Positions 21,197 to 32,150 are shown, counted from the first letter of the stretch. The stretch: DNA of 64,000 nt from Candidatus Omnitrophota bacterium (GCA_050258455.1 JBLMYT010000132.1:82349-146348), one strand, 5' to 3'. The notes: generated from the letters alone by a model not told the origin. Translations and numbers: made by a program.

Positions 21197-22248
21197 CGAA
21201 GAATTCATCATTCAAAAATAAAAAAATAATGATTTCGGTTTTGCTGATTGTTCTTCTGGTTGGAATTGCGATAGGGATTGATTTTTATAAAAACGTATTC
21301 ACGCCTTATGCGGGTTATGGCAATCCCATCTATGTCGAGATACCCAAAGGCGCTTCCGCGGCTTCGATTGCCCGCATTCTCCATAAGAATAAAGTCATTA
21401 GCGGTTATTACCATTTCCGGATCTATTACCGGTTGTTTTTTGGAAATCTCACGTTCAAATCCGGTGAGTATCTGTTCGACCGTCCGATGACCATGCACGA
21501 CGTGATTGAAAAACTCCACGAAGGCAAAGTCGCCCTATTTAAACTCACGGTCCAGGAAGGATTATCCATCCCGGAGATTGCCGAACTGGCCGCGAGCCAC
21601 CCGTCGCTGCACATCTCATCCGACGCATTTATCCGGGAAGCGCGTTCGGGAGATTTGATCCGGGAACTCGATCCCACAGCTCCGGACCTGGAAGGCTACC
21701 TGTTTCCCGACACCTACATGCTGCGGCGCAATGTGACGGCGCAAGAACTGGTGGGCATGATGGTGGATCGATTCAAAGAAAACTTCACCAAACCTATGGA
21801 GCAGAGAAGCCATGAGATGGATTTTTCGATCCGAAAGGCCGTTACCATGGCGTCGCTCATTGAAAAAGAAACCGCTTCCTCGGAAGAGCGGTATTTAATT
21901 TCTTCGGTCTTTCACAACCGATTAAAAATTCAGATGGCGCTGGCCTGTGATCCCACGGTAATTTACGCACTGAAACGGGACAACGCCTATAAGGGGAAAT
22001 TGGGATGGGCCGCGCTTCGGTACGATTCCCCGTACAATACCCGGATATACAGAGGTCTCCCTCCCGGTCCCATTTGCAGTCCGGGCGTCGCCTCCATCAA
22101 AGCGGCACTCTATCCTCCCCAAACCAATTACCTTTACTTTGTGGCGGAGAATCCGCAAAAGCATTACTTTTCCGAAAGTCTGGACGAACATAACCGGGCT
22201 GTTCGAAAATTCATCATCAATCGTGGTAAAGAAGAGAAAAAGAAATAA
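21193..22248 (+). CDS. mltG: Endolytic murein transglycosylase MltG (YceG family)
   Basis: An N-terminal transmembrane helix and the YNTRIYRGLPPGPICSPG motif typical of YceG/MltG. Confidence 0.85.
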   Translation: MTKNSSFKNKKIMISVLLIVLLVGIAIGIDFYKNVFTPYAGYGNPIYVEIPKGASAASIARILHKNKVISGYYHFRIYYRLFFGNLTFKSGEYLFDRPMTMHDVIEKLHEGKVALFKLTVQEGLSIPEIAELAASHPSLHISSDAFIREARSGDLIRELDPTAPDLEGYLFPDTYMLRRNVTAQELVGMMVDRFKENFTKPMEQRSHEMDFSIRKAVTMASLIEKETASSEERYLISSVFHNRLKIQMALACDPTVIYALKRDNAYKGKLGWAALRYDSPYNTRIYRGLPPGPICSPGVASIKAALYPPQTNYLYFVAENPQKHYFSESLDEHNRAVRKFIINRGKEEKKK

Positions 22249-22252
22249 AATC

Positions 22253-23146
22253 ATGGATAAAATCATTCATCCGGATTCATTTTGGGAAAAAGTCAAAGCC
22301 TCCTGGCGCGGGTTCAAACAGATTCGCCGCATTGCCGAATTGGATCAACTGGATGAATTGAAATCCCAAAACCGCGCGCTTTCTGAAGAAATCAAACGAA
22401 TGGATGAGTTACGCCGCCGGGCCGAGCAGGAATGGGGCCCGCTCGATGGGTCGTGTTCTGCCCCATCCGATGATTTTTATTATGCCTTTGAAGAAACATT
22501 TCGCGGCAGCCGCGACATGATCAAATCCCGCTTGGCCGTTTACCTTCCTTATGTGGAACGCATTCGAAACGTATCGGCTCCCGGCGGTTTTCTGGATATT
22601 GGGTGCGGACGGGGCGAGTGGTTGGAGATATTAAACGAGAATCATATTCCGGCCCGGGGCATCGATCTCAATGTCCACATGATTCATGAGGCGCGTTCCC
22701 GAGGGCTTGAGGTCGAGCACGCCGATATTCTCGATTACCTTCGCCGGCTTCCCGAGACTTCGCTTTCCGGTATCAGCGGATTTCATGTAGTCGAACACCT
22801 GCCGCTTGCGGTTCTCATTGCCATGCTGGCAGAAATCCGGCGAACCCTGGCGCCCGGCGGGATTCTGATTCTCGAAACCCCCAATCCCGAAAATCTCCTG
22901 GTCGGTTCCTGCAACTTCTACGTGGACCCCACCCATCGGCGTCCGGTTCCGCCGCCGATCCTGGCCTTTATCATCTATCAGGCCGGTTTTCACGAATACG
23001 AGTGTGTGAGACTCGCCCCCCCCGATCTGCCGCTACCCAATATTGAAAATATAGCGGAAAACGCCCTCCAAACCCTTGCCCATCACATGACCGTCGGTCA
23101 GGATTATGCCCTCATTTCATTTAAGCCGCATTCGTTTGAATCATAA
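22253..23146 (+). CDS. Class I SAM-dependent methyltransferase with an N-terminal coiled-coil
   Basis: LDIGCGRGEWLEIL (SAM-binding motif I) ... ILILETPN. The start is moved to the ATG at 22253 (MDKIIHP), just after the mltG stop. Confidence 0.75.
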   Translation: MDKIIHPDSFWEKVKASWRGFKQIRRIAELDQLDELKSQNRALSEEIKRMDELRRRAEQEWGPLDGSCSAPSDDFYYAFEETFRGSRDMIKSRLAVYLPYVERIRNVSAPGGFLDIGCGRGEWLEILNENHIPARGIDLNVHMIHEARSRGLEVEHADILDYLRRLPETSLSGISGFHVVEHLPLAVLIAMLAEIRRTLAPGGILILETPNPENLLVGSCNFYVDPTHRRPVPPPILAFIIYQAGFHEYECVRLAPPDLPLPNIENIAENALQTLAHHMTVGQDYALISFKPHSFES

Positions 23147-23225
23147 TCATAACTATAATTATAGACTTTATAGACTTTATCCAGGAAATTGACAATTCGA
23201 TCGTCAATCGTTATAATCATTTCAT

Positions 23226-24476
23226 ATGAGCGGAAAAAAAGAAAAAAAAGATATGCCCTGGCTTCAAAAAATTAGCCTGTTAATTACAGCGGGTATTTTT
23301 ATTAATTTTCTATATGAAGTTTGGCTTGCCCTGATGACTCGGAACTGGGGAGCCCTGGCAACCCAATCCCTGGCCCTTCTCATTCTGGGTTTCATCACCT
23401 GGCTCTTTTGGAATGACATGCAGGAGATATTCAGAGATATCCAAAAATACAGGGAAAATGCCAGGGAACGGATCGAAAAAAACAAGGGAAAAATCAATAT
23501 CAAAGACGCCTTTTTATTTTCACTTCTTTGGAGTAACCAGATCTACAAGGATATCCCGGATGACCGCAAAGACTTTGTAAAAACATCATTCATTCTGATC
23601 GGGTTGGCCCTTTTTGTTTTTTACAAGAATTGGGACGGCCACTTGGTGTTGTTCTTCATCCTTGCCGCCCTGATTTTGGCAGGGGCCAACTTATTGATCT
23701 GGGTGGTCGGGAGCGAACGTCAGGAAAAAAACCGGATGGCCATCGAATTGGAAGCCGCCCGCAAGATGCAATTGAGCCTGATGCCGTCCAAGCCGCCGCA
23801 AATCAAGGGCTTTGATATTGCCGGATGCTGTATTCCGGCCAGCGATGTCGGGGGAGACCTCTTCGATTTTGTATGGATCGGTAAAAAATCGGACAAGTTG
23901 TGTATCCCGGTCGTGGACGTTTCCGGTAAAGGCATGGATGCGGCCCTGACTGCGGTGTACACCAGCGGCGCCCTGGTTTCCGAAACCCAGCACGAGGACG
24001 ATGTGGCCAAAGTGGCCCATAATTTAAATTCCGCCATTCTGTCGCGCAACAATCGCTCCCGTTTTGTCTCCCTATTAATGATTGCGCTGGATGTGTCTTC
24101 CCAAAAAATCGAATACGTCAATGCGGGGCAGACCAAACCCATTTTGCTTCGAAACGAGCAATTCGTAACGCTAAAAGGAACGGGGGCGCGTTTCCCGCTG
24201 GGGGTCATGAAAACCCCCCACTATCAAAGCGAAGGCCTTCAGCTCATGGCCGGGGATATCCTTCTCCTCTATACCGATGGCGTCACCGAAGCCATGAATG
24301 CCGAACTGGAAATGTTTGGCGAAAACCGGTTGCAAATGCTATTCCTCGATCTGGCCCGACAGAGGATACCGGCATCGGATATGGCCCTTCATATCAAAAA
24401 TGAAGTGATCCATTTCTCGGGACTGGATGAACAACAGGACGATTTAACCATTGTCGTCTTAAAGGTGTTATCATGA
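23226..24476 (+). CDS. Membrane-anchored PP2C-family serine phosphatase (SpoIIE/RsbU-like)
   Basis: N-terminal transmembrane helices; GGDLFDF, VDVSGKGMDAAL and LYTDGVTEA motifs. Confidence 0.85.
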   Translation: MSGKKEKKDMPWLQKISLLITAGIFINFLYEVWLALMTRNWGALATQSLALLILGFITWLFWNDMQEIFRDIQKYRENARERIEKNKGKINIKDAFLFSLLWSNQIYKDIPDDRKDFVKTSFILIGLALFVFYKNWDGHLVLFFILAALILAGANLLIWVVGSERQEKNRMAIELEAARKMQLSLMPSKPPQIKGFDIAGCCIPASDVGGDLFDFVWIGKKSDKLCIPVVDVSGKGMDAALTAVYTSGALVSETQHEDDVAKVAHNLNSAILSRNNRSRFVSLLMIALDVSSQKIEYVNAGQTKPILLRNEQFVTLKGTGARFPLGVMKTPHYQSEGLQLMAGDILLLYTDGVTEAMNAELEMFGENRLQMLFLDLARQRIPASDMALHIKNEVIHFSGLDEQQDDLTIVVLKVLS

Positions 24477-25114
24477 AAATTATTGACCTTACGCATACGT
24501 TGTGCAGCGGGATGCCTGTTTTTCCCGGCGATGAACCGCCGGTGATTTCGCGGGTGTCCACGATTGAACAAAACGGATATACCTCCCATCGCTTAACGCT
24601 TTCTACCCATACCGGGACTCATCTGGATGCGCCGGCGCACATGTTACCCCATGGCGCAGTATTGAATCGGCTTCCCATCGATTATTTTATCGGTAAGGGT
24701 GCGGTGATCGATTTAACCGGGTTAAACGCCTCGGAAATCCGCCTCTCCGACCTCAAACCCCATGAAGACCTTTTTAAACGTAGCGACTATATTCTGTTTC
24801 GAACCGGTTGGGATCGCTTTTGGGGAATTGATCGGTATTTCCGTGATTTTCCCGTTTTATCCCTGGAAGCAGCCATATGGATTCACAGCTTCCAATTGAA
24901 AGGCATTGGGCTGGATACCATTTCGGCCGATGAGGCGACATCGACCACGGTTCCGATTCACAAAACGCTTCTGGAACGCAGTGTGATCATTGAAAATTTA
25001 ACCAACCTGGGCGAACTGCCCTCAACCGGTTTTCTCTTTTCCTGCTTCCCGCTGAAACTGGAAAATGGCGAGGCGTCCCCCATCCGCGCAACAGCCCTGA
25101 TATTGGACGCGTGA
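24473..25114 (+). CDS. Cyclase family protein (kynurenine formamidase-like)
   Basis: HTGTHLDAPAHM (an HxGTHxDxPxH motif). Confidence 0.8.
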   Translation: MKIIDLTHTLCSGMPVFPGDEPPVISRVSTIEQNGYTSHRLTLSTHTGTHLDAPAHMLPHGAVLNRLPIDYFIGKGAVIDLTGLNASEIRLSDLKPHEDLFKRSDYILFRTGWDRFWGIDRYFRDFPVLSLEAAIWIHSFQLKGIGLDTISADEATSTTVPIHKTLLERSVIIENLTNLGELPSTGFLFSCFPLKLENGEASPIRATALILDA

Positions 25115-25163
25115 TGCCGCTGTAAGCTGGAAATGGTATTCGTTACTTTTTCTTGTTCCGATC

Positions 25164-26129
25164 ATGGAAAAATCGACATTCAAACTCGGCAATCTTAAGA
25201 TCCATTATCGCGCGATCCCCGCACCCATGGCCTCGATTACCGATATTGTGTTCCGTAAACTATTGGATGAAATCGGGTGCGTCGATTATATGATCACGGA
25301 GATGATTTCAGCCGAAGGTCTGCGCCGTCAGCAGACCAAAACCCTGGAGATTATGCGTTCCGATGGGTTTAAAACCCCGCAATTGATTCAATTGTTCGGA
25401 TGGGAGCCGTCCCAATTTGCCGATGCGGTGTCGTTTATTGAAAACGAAACCCCTTTTTCCGGGGTGGATCTCAACATGGGATGTCCGGCCGGAAAAGTGG
25501 TGCGAAAGGGAGGAGGAGCCGCCTTATTAAAAGATCCGCTAAAAGCAGCGTCCATTATTCGGGAAATCAAAACCCATACCCGGCTCCCCATCACGGTCAA
25601 GCTCCGATTGGGCTTTAATACCGTCAACATCCTGGACATGCTCCAGGCGATCGACGGCGAAGGCGCCGATGCGGTTACCGTGCACTTTCGGCTGCGTTCC
25701 GAAGGCTATTCGGGAAACGCCAATTGGGAGTATGCGCCCATCATCCGGGAACAGTTAAAAGAGAAAGCCTTATTTATCGGAAATGGCGACATCAAAACCG
25801 CCGCAGAAGCCAAAGAAAAATTAAACCGGGTCGACTGCGTCATGATCGGGCGCGGTGCGGTCATCAACCCGTTTATCTTTGCCGAAATGGCCGGAATCGA
25901 CCCCGCGGGTTTCGATACCAGGCGCATGGTGTTTCATGTCCTGGAGTTGATCGAGACCTATTACCATCCCATGTTTCATTTGTCCCGCTTTAAGGCTTAT
26001 GCCCGCTTTCTGTTCAGCAATCGCCAAAATTCAAAAAAAATCCGTCAGCATATTTATAGTTGCCATACGTTTGACGAAGTCAAACGCGTGTTACATACCT
26101 ATTTCGAGGTGAATCATGAGTCACTTTAA
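25164..26129 (+). CDS. dus: tRNA-dihydrouridine synthase
   Basis: PMASITD ... NMGCPAGKVVRKGGGAALL ... a TIM-barrel FMN enzyme pattern. Confidence 0.85.
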   Translation: MEKSTFKLGNLKIHYRAIPAPMASITDIVFRKLLDEIGCVDYMITEMISAEGLRRQQTKTLEIMRSDGFKTPQLIQLFGWEPSQFADAVSFIENETPFSGVDLNMGCPAGKVVRKGGGAALLKDPLKAASIIREIKTHTRLPITVKLRLGFNTVNILDMLQAIDGEGADAVTVHFRLRSEGYSGNANWEYAPIIREQLKEKALFIGNGDIKTAAEAKEKLNRVDCVMIGRGAVINPFIFAEMAGIDPAGFDTRRMVFHVLELIETYYHPMFHLSRFKAYARFLFSNRQNSKKIRQHIYSCHTFDEVKRVLHTYFEVNHESL

Positions 26130-26523
26130 AACCATCAGTGTCAAGTCATCCAGGGGGATTCAATTGATCGATATCACCCGGGATGTCACCGATTACATTG
26201 CCGAGCAAAAGGTTTCAAACGGTATCATCCTGGTTTATACTCCCCACACCACCGCCGCCGTAACGATCAATGAGAATGCCGATCCGGCAGTCACGGCAGA
26301 TATCGAGGCCTTCCTTCACCGTCATATCCCGCATGAACCGTACTTTAAACATGCGGAAGGCAATTCGCCGTCCCATATCATGTCCGGTTACTTTTCCGCT
26401 TCCGAAACCCTCATCATCGATAGCGGGAATCTGGTATTGGGGACCTGGCAGGGAATCTATTTCTGTGAATTCGACGGCCCAAGAAACCGAAAAGTCCATT
26501 TAAAAATCATGGAGGACAAATGA
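26116..26523 (+). CDS. yjbQ: YjbQ/UPF0047 family protein (secondary thiamine-phosphate synthase-like)
   Basis: A 135-aa protein; the central TPHTTAAVTINENADP motif and length match the family. Confidence 0.8.
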   Translation: MSHFKTISVKSSRGIQLIDITRDVTDYIAEQKVSNGIILVYTPHTTAAVTINENADPAVTADIEAFLHRHIPHEPYFKHAEGNSPSHIMSGYFSASETLIIDSGNLVLGTWQGIYFCEFDGPRNRKVHLKIMEDK

Positions 26524-29156
26524 AGAACCGAATCCTTACCCTGTTATTGGGGTTAAGCCTCTTATCCATGGCGGCACTTGCCTCCCCCAACGCGAACGAT
26601 CCCACCGCTTCCGCACCGGAAGCCCGCCTGCGTTCCTATCAAAAACACCTGCAAATGAAAGCGGATTCCCCGTTTAAGATCCTGAAGTGGAAAGAGTTGG
26701 GGCCTTATTACCTGGGAGGACGCATCACGGATATCGAAGGGTATGTCAATGACCCTCATAAATATTATATTGCTTCGGCTTCCGGCGGATTGTGGTTCAC
26801 GGAAAACAACGGAACCTCCTGGACGCCCTTATTTGATAACGAGTCGTCGATTACCATCGGCGATATTGCCGTATCGCAGAGCGATGAGAACTTGCTTTGG
26901 GTGGGAACCGGTGAGCCGAACGCGTCCCGCAGTTCATACGCCGGAACAGGGGTCTTTAAAAGCATCGATGGCGGTAAAACCTGGAAGAACATGGGACTGA
27001 CCGATACCCACCATATTGCCCGGATCCTCATTGACCCGGTAGACAACCATACGGTGTATGTGGCAGCCATCGGTCATCTGTATACCGACAACGACCAAAG
27101 AGGGCTCTTCAAAACCACGGATGGGGGGCTGACGTGGAAGAAAATATTGTCCATCAGTCCCAAAACCGGAATCATCGATGTGGTCATGCATCCCGAAAAC
27201 CCTCGGATTCTCTATGCCGCGTCCTGGCAAAAGGATCGAAAAGCGTGGAATTTTGAAGAAAGCGGCGAAGAAAGCGCAGTATTTAAATCCGTGGATGCGG
27301 GTCAAACCTGGACGAAGATCATGAATGGACTGCCGCAGGGAAAATACGTGGGGCGAATCGGATTGGCGATTGCGCCGTCCAAACCCAATGTGGTTTACGC
27401 CTATATCGACAACCAGGAACCCAAACCCGGAATTAAGGACGATAAGAGCAGCGACGCGAATAAGAATCTGTTTAATACGACCATTAAAGGCGGCGAAGTC
27501 TATCGCAGCGACAATGGCGGCGACACCTGGACCCGAACCCACACCCAATACCTGGACGGATTGGTTTATACGTACGGGTACTATTTCGGTCAGATCCGGG
27601 TGGCACCCGATAACGAAAACATTATTTACCTCCTCGGCGTCCCGCTCATGGTGTCGACCGACGGAGGCAAGACGGTTCGCGATATTTTCAGCGATGAAAC
27701 CCAGTATGATTATTACTGGCTTCATGCCGACCTGCATGCCTTGTGGATCCATCCGAAAAATCCCAAACAGATGTTGCTGGGAACCGACGGCGGCCTGAAT
27801 GTCTCGTATGATCGGGGAACCTCCTGGCAGCGGTTCGATAACCTTCCCCTGTCCCAGTGTTACACCATCCAGTTTGATAACCGCGAGCCCTACAATATCT
27901 ATTCGGGGTTACAGGATAATGGCGTCAACATGGGGCCTTCGGATTACGCCTTGCGAAAAATCAACTGCGATTGGAAACTCATCTTAGGGGGAGACGGCGC
28001 GTTTGTTCAGCCGCAACCCGATAACCCGGATACGGTTTATGCGGCCATTCAGTTCGGCAGTATATTCCGCCTCGAGATGAATACCAAAAAGCGAACGTAT
28101 ATCAAACCCCAATCCCCGGATAAGAATGTGCCCTATCGCTTCAACTGGCTTTCCCCCTTTTTGGTTTCCTCCCACAATCCCCTGACGCTGTACATGGGGG
28201 CCAATAAGGTCCTCAAGTCCGTGAATCGTGGGGAGAACTGGTGTGAGATTTCCCCGGATTTAACCAATGAAAAAAATACCGGCGGCGATGTCCCCTATGC
28301 CACGATTACGGCCCTGGACGAATCACCGCTTTCACCCGATTTACTGGTTGCGGGAACCGACGACGGTCATGTATGGGTTAAAAAAGACGCCCATTCGTTG
28401 TGGGAAAAGGTCACCAATGGGCTTCCCGCCAAATGGGTGTCCCGGGTCACGGCATCCCAATATAAAAAAGAGCGGATTTACCTCTCGTTAACCGGGTATC
28501 GGGAGGATGATTTCAGAACCTACGTGTATGTGTCCGAAAATTATGGGAAGACCTGGCGGGCTATTCAGGGAAACCTACCCGAAGAAGAACCGGTCAATGT
28601 GATTCGCGAAGACCCGGTCAATGAAAACGTGCTGTACCTGGGAACGGATCTGGGAATTTATGTGTCGCTGGACCGGGGAACCACCTGGCACGCACTCAAA
28701 AACAATCTTCCCACCAATGCGGTGTACGACCTGAGGGTTCACCCGACCAAAAAGGAATTGATCATCGGAACGCACGGTCGGGGGGTGTTTCTCCTTCCGA
28801 TCGACCACATCGAGCGATTAACTCCGGATGTGTTGAAAAAAAAGATGCATGTGTTTCCCATTACCGATGCGTGGCCATCCGCCGGTCCCTATTCACCCGG
28901 TCAGCCTCTGACGGTTTATTTTTATCGTTCCGAATCCACCCGATTAACGATTGAAATCACAGACAAATCCGGGAAAAAAATTCAAACCGCTCAAACCCTG
29001 GAAATAAACGCCGCCAATGGTTTGAACCGATGGGATTGGGATCTGATGCTGGATAAAGAAAAGAAAACGACACTTCAAAAAGGAGAATACACGATTACGC
29101 TCATTAACAATAACGACAAAATCGAAGGATCCTTTAAGGTTATCGATCCCCGGTAA
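26520..29156 (+). CDS. Secreted BNR/Asp-box repeat protein (sortilin/VPS10-like beta-propeller; often annotated as a BNR-repeat glycosyl hydrolase)
   Basis: A signal peptide followed by at least nine S-x-D-x-G-x-T-W boxes (SIDGGKTW, TTDGGLTW, SVDAGQTW, SDNGGDTW, STDGGKTV, SYDRGTSW, SVNRGENW, SENYGKTW, SLDRGTTW). Confidence 0.8.
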   Translation: MKNRILTLLLGLSLLSMAALASPNANDPTASAPEARLRSYQKHLQMKADSPFKILKWKELGPYYLGGRITDIEGYVNDPHKYYIASASGGLWFTENNGTSWTPLFDNESSITIGDIAVSQSDENLLWVGTGEPNASRSSYAGTGVFKSIDGGKTWKNMGLTDTHHIARILIDPVDNHTVYVAAIGHLYTDNDQRGLFKTTDGGLTWKKILSISPKTGIIDVVMHPENPRILYAASWQKDRKAWNFEESGEESAVFKSVDAGQTWTKIMNGLPQGKYVGRIGLAIAPSKPNVVYAYIDNQEPKPGIKDDKSSDANKNLFNTTIKGGEVYRSDNGGDTWTRTHTQYLDGLVYTYGYYFGQIRVAPDNENIIYLLGVPLMVSTDGGKTVRDIFSDETQYDYYWLHADLHALWIHPKNPKQMLLGTDGGLNVSYDRGTSWQRFDNLPLSQCYTIQFDNREPYNIYSGLQDNGVNMGPSDYALRKINCDWKLILGGDGAFVQPQPDNPDTVYAAIQFGSIFRLEMNTKKRTYIKPQSPDKNVPYRFNWLSPFLVSSHNPLTLYMGANKVLKSVNRGENWCEISPDLTNEKNTGGDVPYATITALDESPLSPDLLVAGTDDGHVWVKKDAHSLWEKVTNGLPAKWVSRVTASQYKKERIYLSLTGYREDDFRTYVYVSENYGKTWRAIQGNLPEEEPVNVIREDPVNENVLYLGTDLGIYVSLDRGTTWHALKNNLPTNAVYDLRVHPTKKELIIGTHGRGVFLLPIDHIERLTPDVLKKKMHVFPITDAWPSAGPYSPGQPLTVYFYRSESTRLTIEITDKSGKKIQTAQTLEINAANGLNRWDWDLMLDKEKKTTLQKGEYTITLINNNDKIEGSFKVIDPR

Positions 29157-29276
29157 CCTCGATATCCGATCCAATCGATCCAATCGATCGAATTGACTTT
29201 GTCGGTAAATCATATTATGATTATTATGATTATTATGATTATCTACTAATACATGAAACTACCATTTGGAGGCAAA

Positions 29277-30356
29277 ATGAAACGAATCAAGATTATCGGT
29301 TTATTGTTCACGTTATGCAGTCTGTCGATCGCGATGATTCTGACCGGCGCTCCTGAAAAAAAAGAAGGATCCGTATTCACCGAGGATTATACGATTGACC
29401 TGAAAAAAGTTTCTCCGTCGCTCGGCAATGTCATCGATATGGATGTCGACTCCGCCGGCAATCTTTATTTGCTGGACACCAAATCCTGTAAAGTGGTCAT
29501 GCTGACCAACAAGGGGGAGATAAAGGGAGAGTTTGGGAAAAAGGGTGCCAAACCGGGAGAAATTGACAACCCGTCCAACATTCGCCTCACCGCTTCCGGT
29601 CAAGTGGTGCTTGCCGATATCATCATCAGTCGGTTTTCCTTCTTTAATAAAGACGGAAAATTTGTCAAAGAGATGCGATTTGAGCCCGGAGCAGCCGAAG
29701 GCTTCATGCTGGACAACGGAAATTTCATATTAAAAAAATTTGTCTATCCCACATACAGAGGCGGAAACATGACCTATTCGTCGGTTTTGTACAATTCCGC
29801 TTCCATTGAAATCAAACCCCTGGATACCATGGAGCGCCCCACCCCTCAGGCCCCCAAAGAATTGGGGATTTTTTATCATATGGGGGTTGGAATTTCAAAG
29901 GATAAAATCATCACCGGCAATCAGGTCAGAGGCTATGATTTTTGGGTTTCCGATTTCTCCGGTAAATTGATTCGCCATATTCAACGGAAATCCACCCCGG
30001 TTCAACCCTGGGAAGATTATAAAAAAGCCTTCATCCGAAATTTTGGCGAGAGTTACGACTTGATCAAGAATAAATTGGAATTTCCCAAAGTTCTTCCGGC
30101 GTTTCATTACTTTGCAACGGATGAAGACGGCCGCTTATTTGTCATGACTTACGAAAAAGATAAGGTTTCCGGCGGCTACATGGTGGATATCTTCGGCCCT
30201 GACGGGGGCTTTGTTACCCGAGCCGCGCTTCGGTTTCCGATGCTGGACAAAGGAACCCTTCGAATCAAAAACAATCGGTTGTATTACCTTCATAAGAACG
30301 AAACCGGTTTCCAACAGATTTCCGTATATAAAATTGATCTGAAGAAATCGAAATGA
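29277..30356 (+). CDS. Secreted hypothetical protein, probably a beta-propeller (NHL/TolB-like repeats)
   Basis: A signal peptide (MKRIKIIGLLFTLCSLSIA); the start is moved to the second ATG, which has a GGAGG ribosome-binding site. Confidence 0.55.
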   Translation: MKRIKIIGLLFTLCSLSIAMILTGAPEKKEGSVFTEDYTIDLKKVSPSLGNVIDMDVDSAGNLYLLDTKSCKVVMLTNKGEIKGEFGKKGAKPGEIDNPSNIRLTASGQVVLADIIISRFSFFNKDGKFVKEMRFEPGAAEGFMLDNGNFILKKFVYPTYRGGNMTYSSVLYNSASIEIKPLDTMERPTPQAPKELGIFYHMGVGISKDKIITGNQVRGYDFWVSDFSGKLIRHIQRKSTPVQPWEDYKKAFIRNFGESYDLIKNKLEFPKVLPAFHYFATDEDGRLFVMTYEKDKVSGGYMVDIFGPDGGFVTRAALRFPMLDKGTLRIKNNRLYYLHKNETGFQQISVYKIDLKKSK

Positions 30357-30378
30357 TCAGCGGGCAATTGGGGGAAAC

Positions 30379-32055
30379 ATGAAATTGAATAAAAAAGAGT
30401 TATTTAAATTCTTCTTTTCATTTCAGAAAAAATATCTCCCGATTGCGATCGTTACCGCGGTGCTTCTGCTTGTGAACGTTCTCTTGCAATTGCCGATGCC
30501 GCTGGTGACCAAATACCTGATCGATAAAATCGTCCCTGCCCGAGATTTTCATGCGCTCAACGTGTTGTGCCTGATTCTCCTGGGCATTATCCTCTTTCGA
30601 CAGGCCAGTGCTTATTTAATGCAGTATACGATATCCAAATATAAGGCGAATGTTCGTTTTGACCTTGAGCAGGCGCTTTACCTTCATATCCAGGATCTGC
30701 CTGTGTCTTATTTTACCCAAAAGGACACAGGCTACATCCTGTCTCGAATTTCAGAAATCTCCTCCATTGAATCCATCCTTGCCGATACGTTCCTCTACAT
30801 TCTCCGCGATACCATTACCATCATTGTCGGCGTGATACTGATTTTGGGGCTTCACTTTAAACTCGGCATGATCTCGATTGCGTTATTGCCCTTTTTTATC
30901 TTCACCTTAAAGAGTTTTCATCAAAAAATAAAAGTCATCAATCGGGAATTACGGGAAGAAAGCGCTCAGTATTACGGGAAGCTTGAAAAAAACCTCAATG
31001 CCATGGAGAAAATCAAGTCATGGGTCAAGGAAGAGATCGAGGGAAAACGCATCGCCCAACGGCTCTCGCGGGTCATCGGATTGGGCATGCGAGCGGAGTT
31101 AACCGGCGCCATGGCTGGGATCGCGTCTTCATTTGTCGGTATGATTGCCCCGTTTATTATTCTTTGGTACGGGATGTCGGAAATTATCAACGGAACGCTA
31201 ACCTTGGGTTCTTTTTTTGCCATCAATGCATTTACCGGGTATTTATACAATCCGGCCCGGCAATTAACCGAAACCGGCTTTTCGATTTCCCGGGCGCTGG
31301 CAGGGCTCGAACGCATCCATGAAATCTTCAATGAGAAAAAAGAAATGGAAGGCATCGAACCCATCGAGGGCATCGATTCCATCGAGTTTCAGAATGTGAC
31401 GTTCGGATATGAGGGCAATGATCCCGTATTGGAGAATTTAAACCTGACGATTAAACGGGGCGACAAAATTGCCCTGGTCGGGCAAAGCGGCGAAGGAAAA
31501 AGCACGGTCGTTAAGATGATTTTAAAATTCTATCTTCCGGCAGAGGGGAAAATTTTAATTTCCGGAAAAGATTCAAAAGATATCCAAATCAAAAGTTTGC
31601 GCCGACGCATTGCGTATATTCCTCAAAACCCCTTTATCCTCGAAGATGACGTGGAAGACATGTTCAAACAGCAGCACGCCCGAGAATTGCTTCAAAAATT
31701 TAGGTTAGAGAAATCCTCGATCGAAGCGTTGCACCATATCCATCAAAAGCAGTTTTCCGGAGGAGAAATCCAGAAGGTCGAATTACTCGAAGCGTTGCTC
31801 AAGGAAGCGGATGTACTCATCATCGACGAAGGAACCTCCAACATCGATTTTAATGCCGAGAAAATCGTCTTAAATGATTTGTTCGATAAATATAAAGAAA
31901 AAATTATCATATTTATCGCACACCGCTTAACATCCGTGGTGGATTTTAAACGGATTGTCGTGATCGAGAAGGGTAAAATAACCGAAGACGGGCCCCATGA
32001 TCGATTGATGAGCAATAAAGGCCGGTACTATTCCTTCTGGGGAGAAAAGGGATAA
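30379..32055 (+). CDS. ABC exporter with fused transmembrane and ATP-binding domains
   Basis: Six predicted transmembrane helices at the N-terminus, a Walker A motif GQSGEGKST, an ABC signature FSGGEIQKV and a Walker B motif LIIDE. Confidence 0.85.
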   Translation: MKLNKKELFKFFFSFQKKYLPIAIVTAVLLLVNVLLQLPMPLVTKYLIDKIVPARDFHALNVLCLILLGIILFRQASAYLMQYTISKYKANVRFDLEQALYLHIQDLPVSYFTQKDTGYILSRISEISSIESILADTFLYILRDTITIIVGVILILGLHFKLGMISIALLPFFIFTLKSFHQKIKVINRELREESAQYYGKLEKNLNAMEKIKSWVKEEIEGKRIAQRLSRVIGLGMRAELTGAMAGIASSFVGMIAPFIILWYGMSEIINGTLTLGSFFAINAFTGYLYNPARQLTETGFSISRALAGLERIHEIFNEKKEMEGIEPIEGIDSIEFQNVTFGYEGNDPVLENLNLTIKRGDKIALVGQSGEGKSTVVKMILKFYLPAEGKILISGKDSKDIQIKSLRRRIAYIPQNPFILEDDVEDMFKQQHARELLQKFRLEKSSIEALHHIHQKQFSGGEIQKVELLEALLKEADVLIIDEGTSNIDFNAEKIVLNDLFDKYKEKIIIFIAHRLTSVVDFKRIVVIEKGKITEDGPHDRLMSNKGRYYSFWGEKG

Positions 32056-32131
32056 TCTTCCACCACTCGTTGAGAGTACAACACGTATAACTCACCCCAA
32101 AAAATTGAACATTAAGAGTAAACAGCTCCCA

Positions 32132-32150
32132 TTCAAAAGTTACTTTTGAA
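32132..32150. terminator. Perfect 9-bp inverted repeat (ttcaaaagt-t-acttttgaa) between convergent genes, overlapping the stop codon of the XRE gene
   Basis: Seen directly in the sequence. It has no strong T-tract, so it is a weak candidate. Confidence 0.3.

Noticed and set aside
22139-22252. A longer N-terminus for the methyltransferase (track start 22139)
   Set aside because: It would overlap mltG by 110 nt. The in-frame ATG at 22253 immediately follows the mltG stop.
26934-27752. A 272-aa minus-strand ORF inside the BNR-repeat gene
   Set aside because: The plus strand encodes a coherent series of Asp-box repeats with a signal peptide; the antisense ORF is Gly/Arg-rich without motifs.
29160-29250. 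Short tandem repeats (tccaatcga x2, attatgatt x3) upstream of the beta-propeller gene
   Set aside because: Only 2-3 units. They are probably incidental promoter-region low complexity, though a minor slipped-strand site cannot be excluded.
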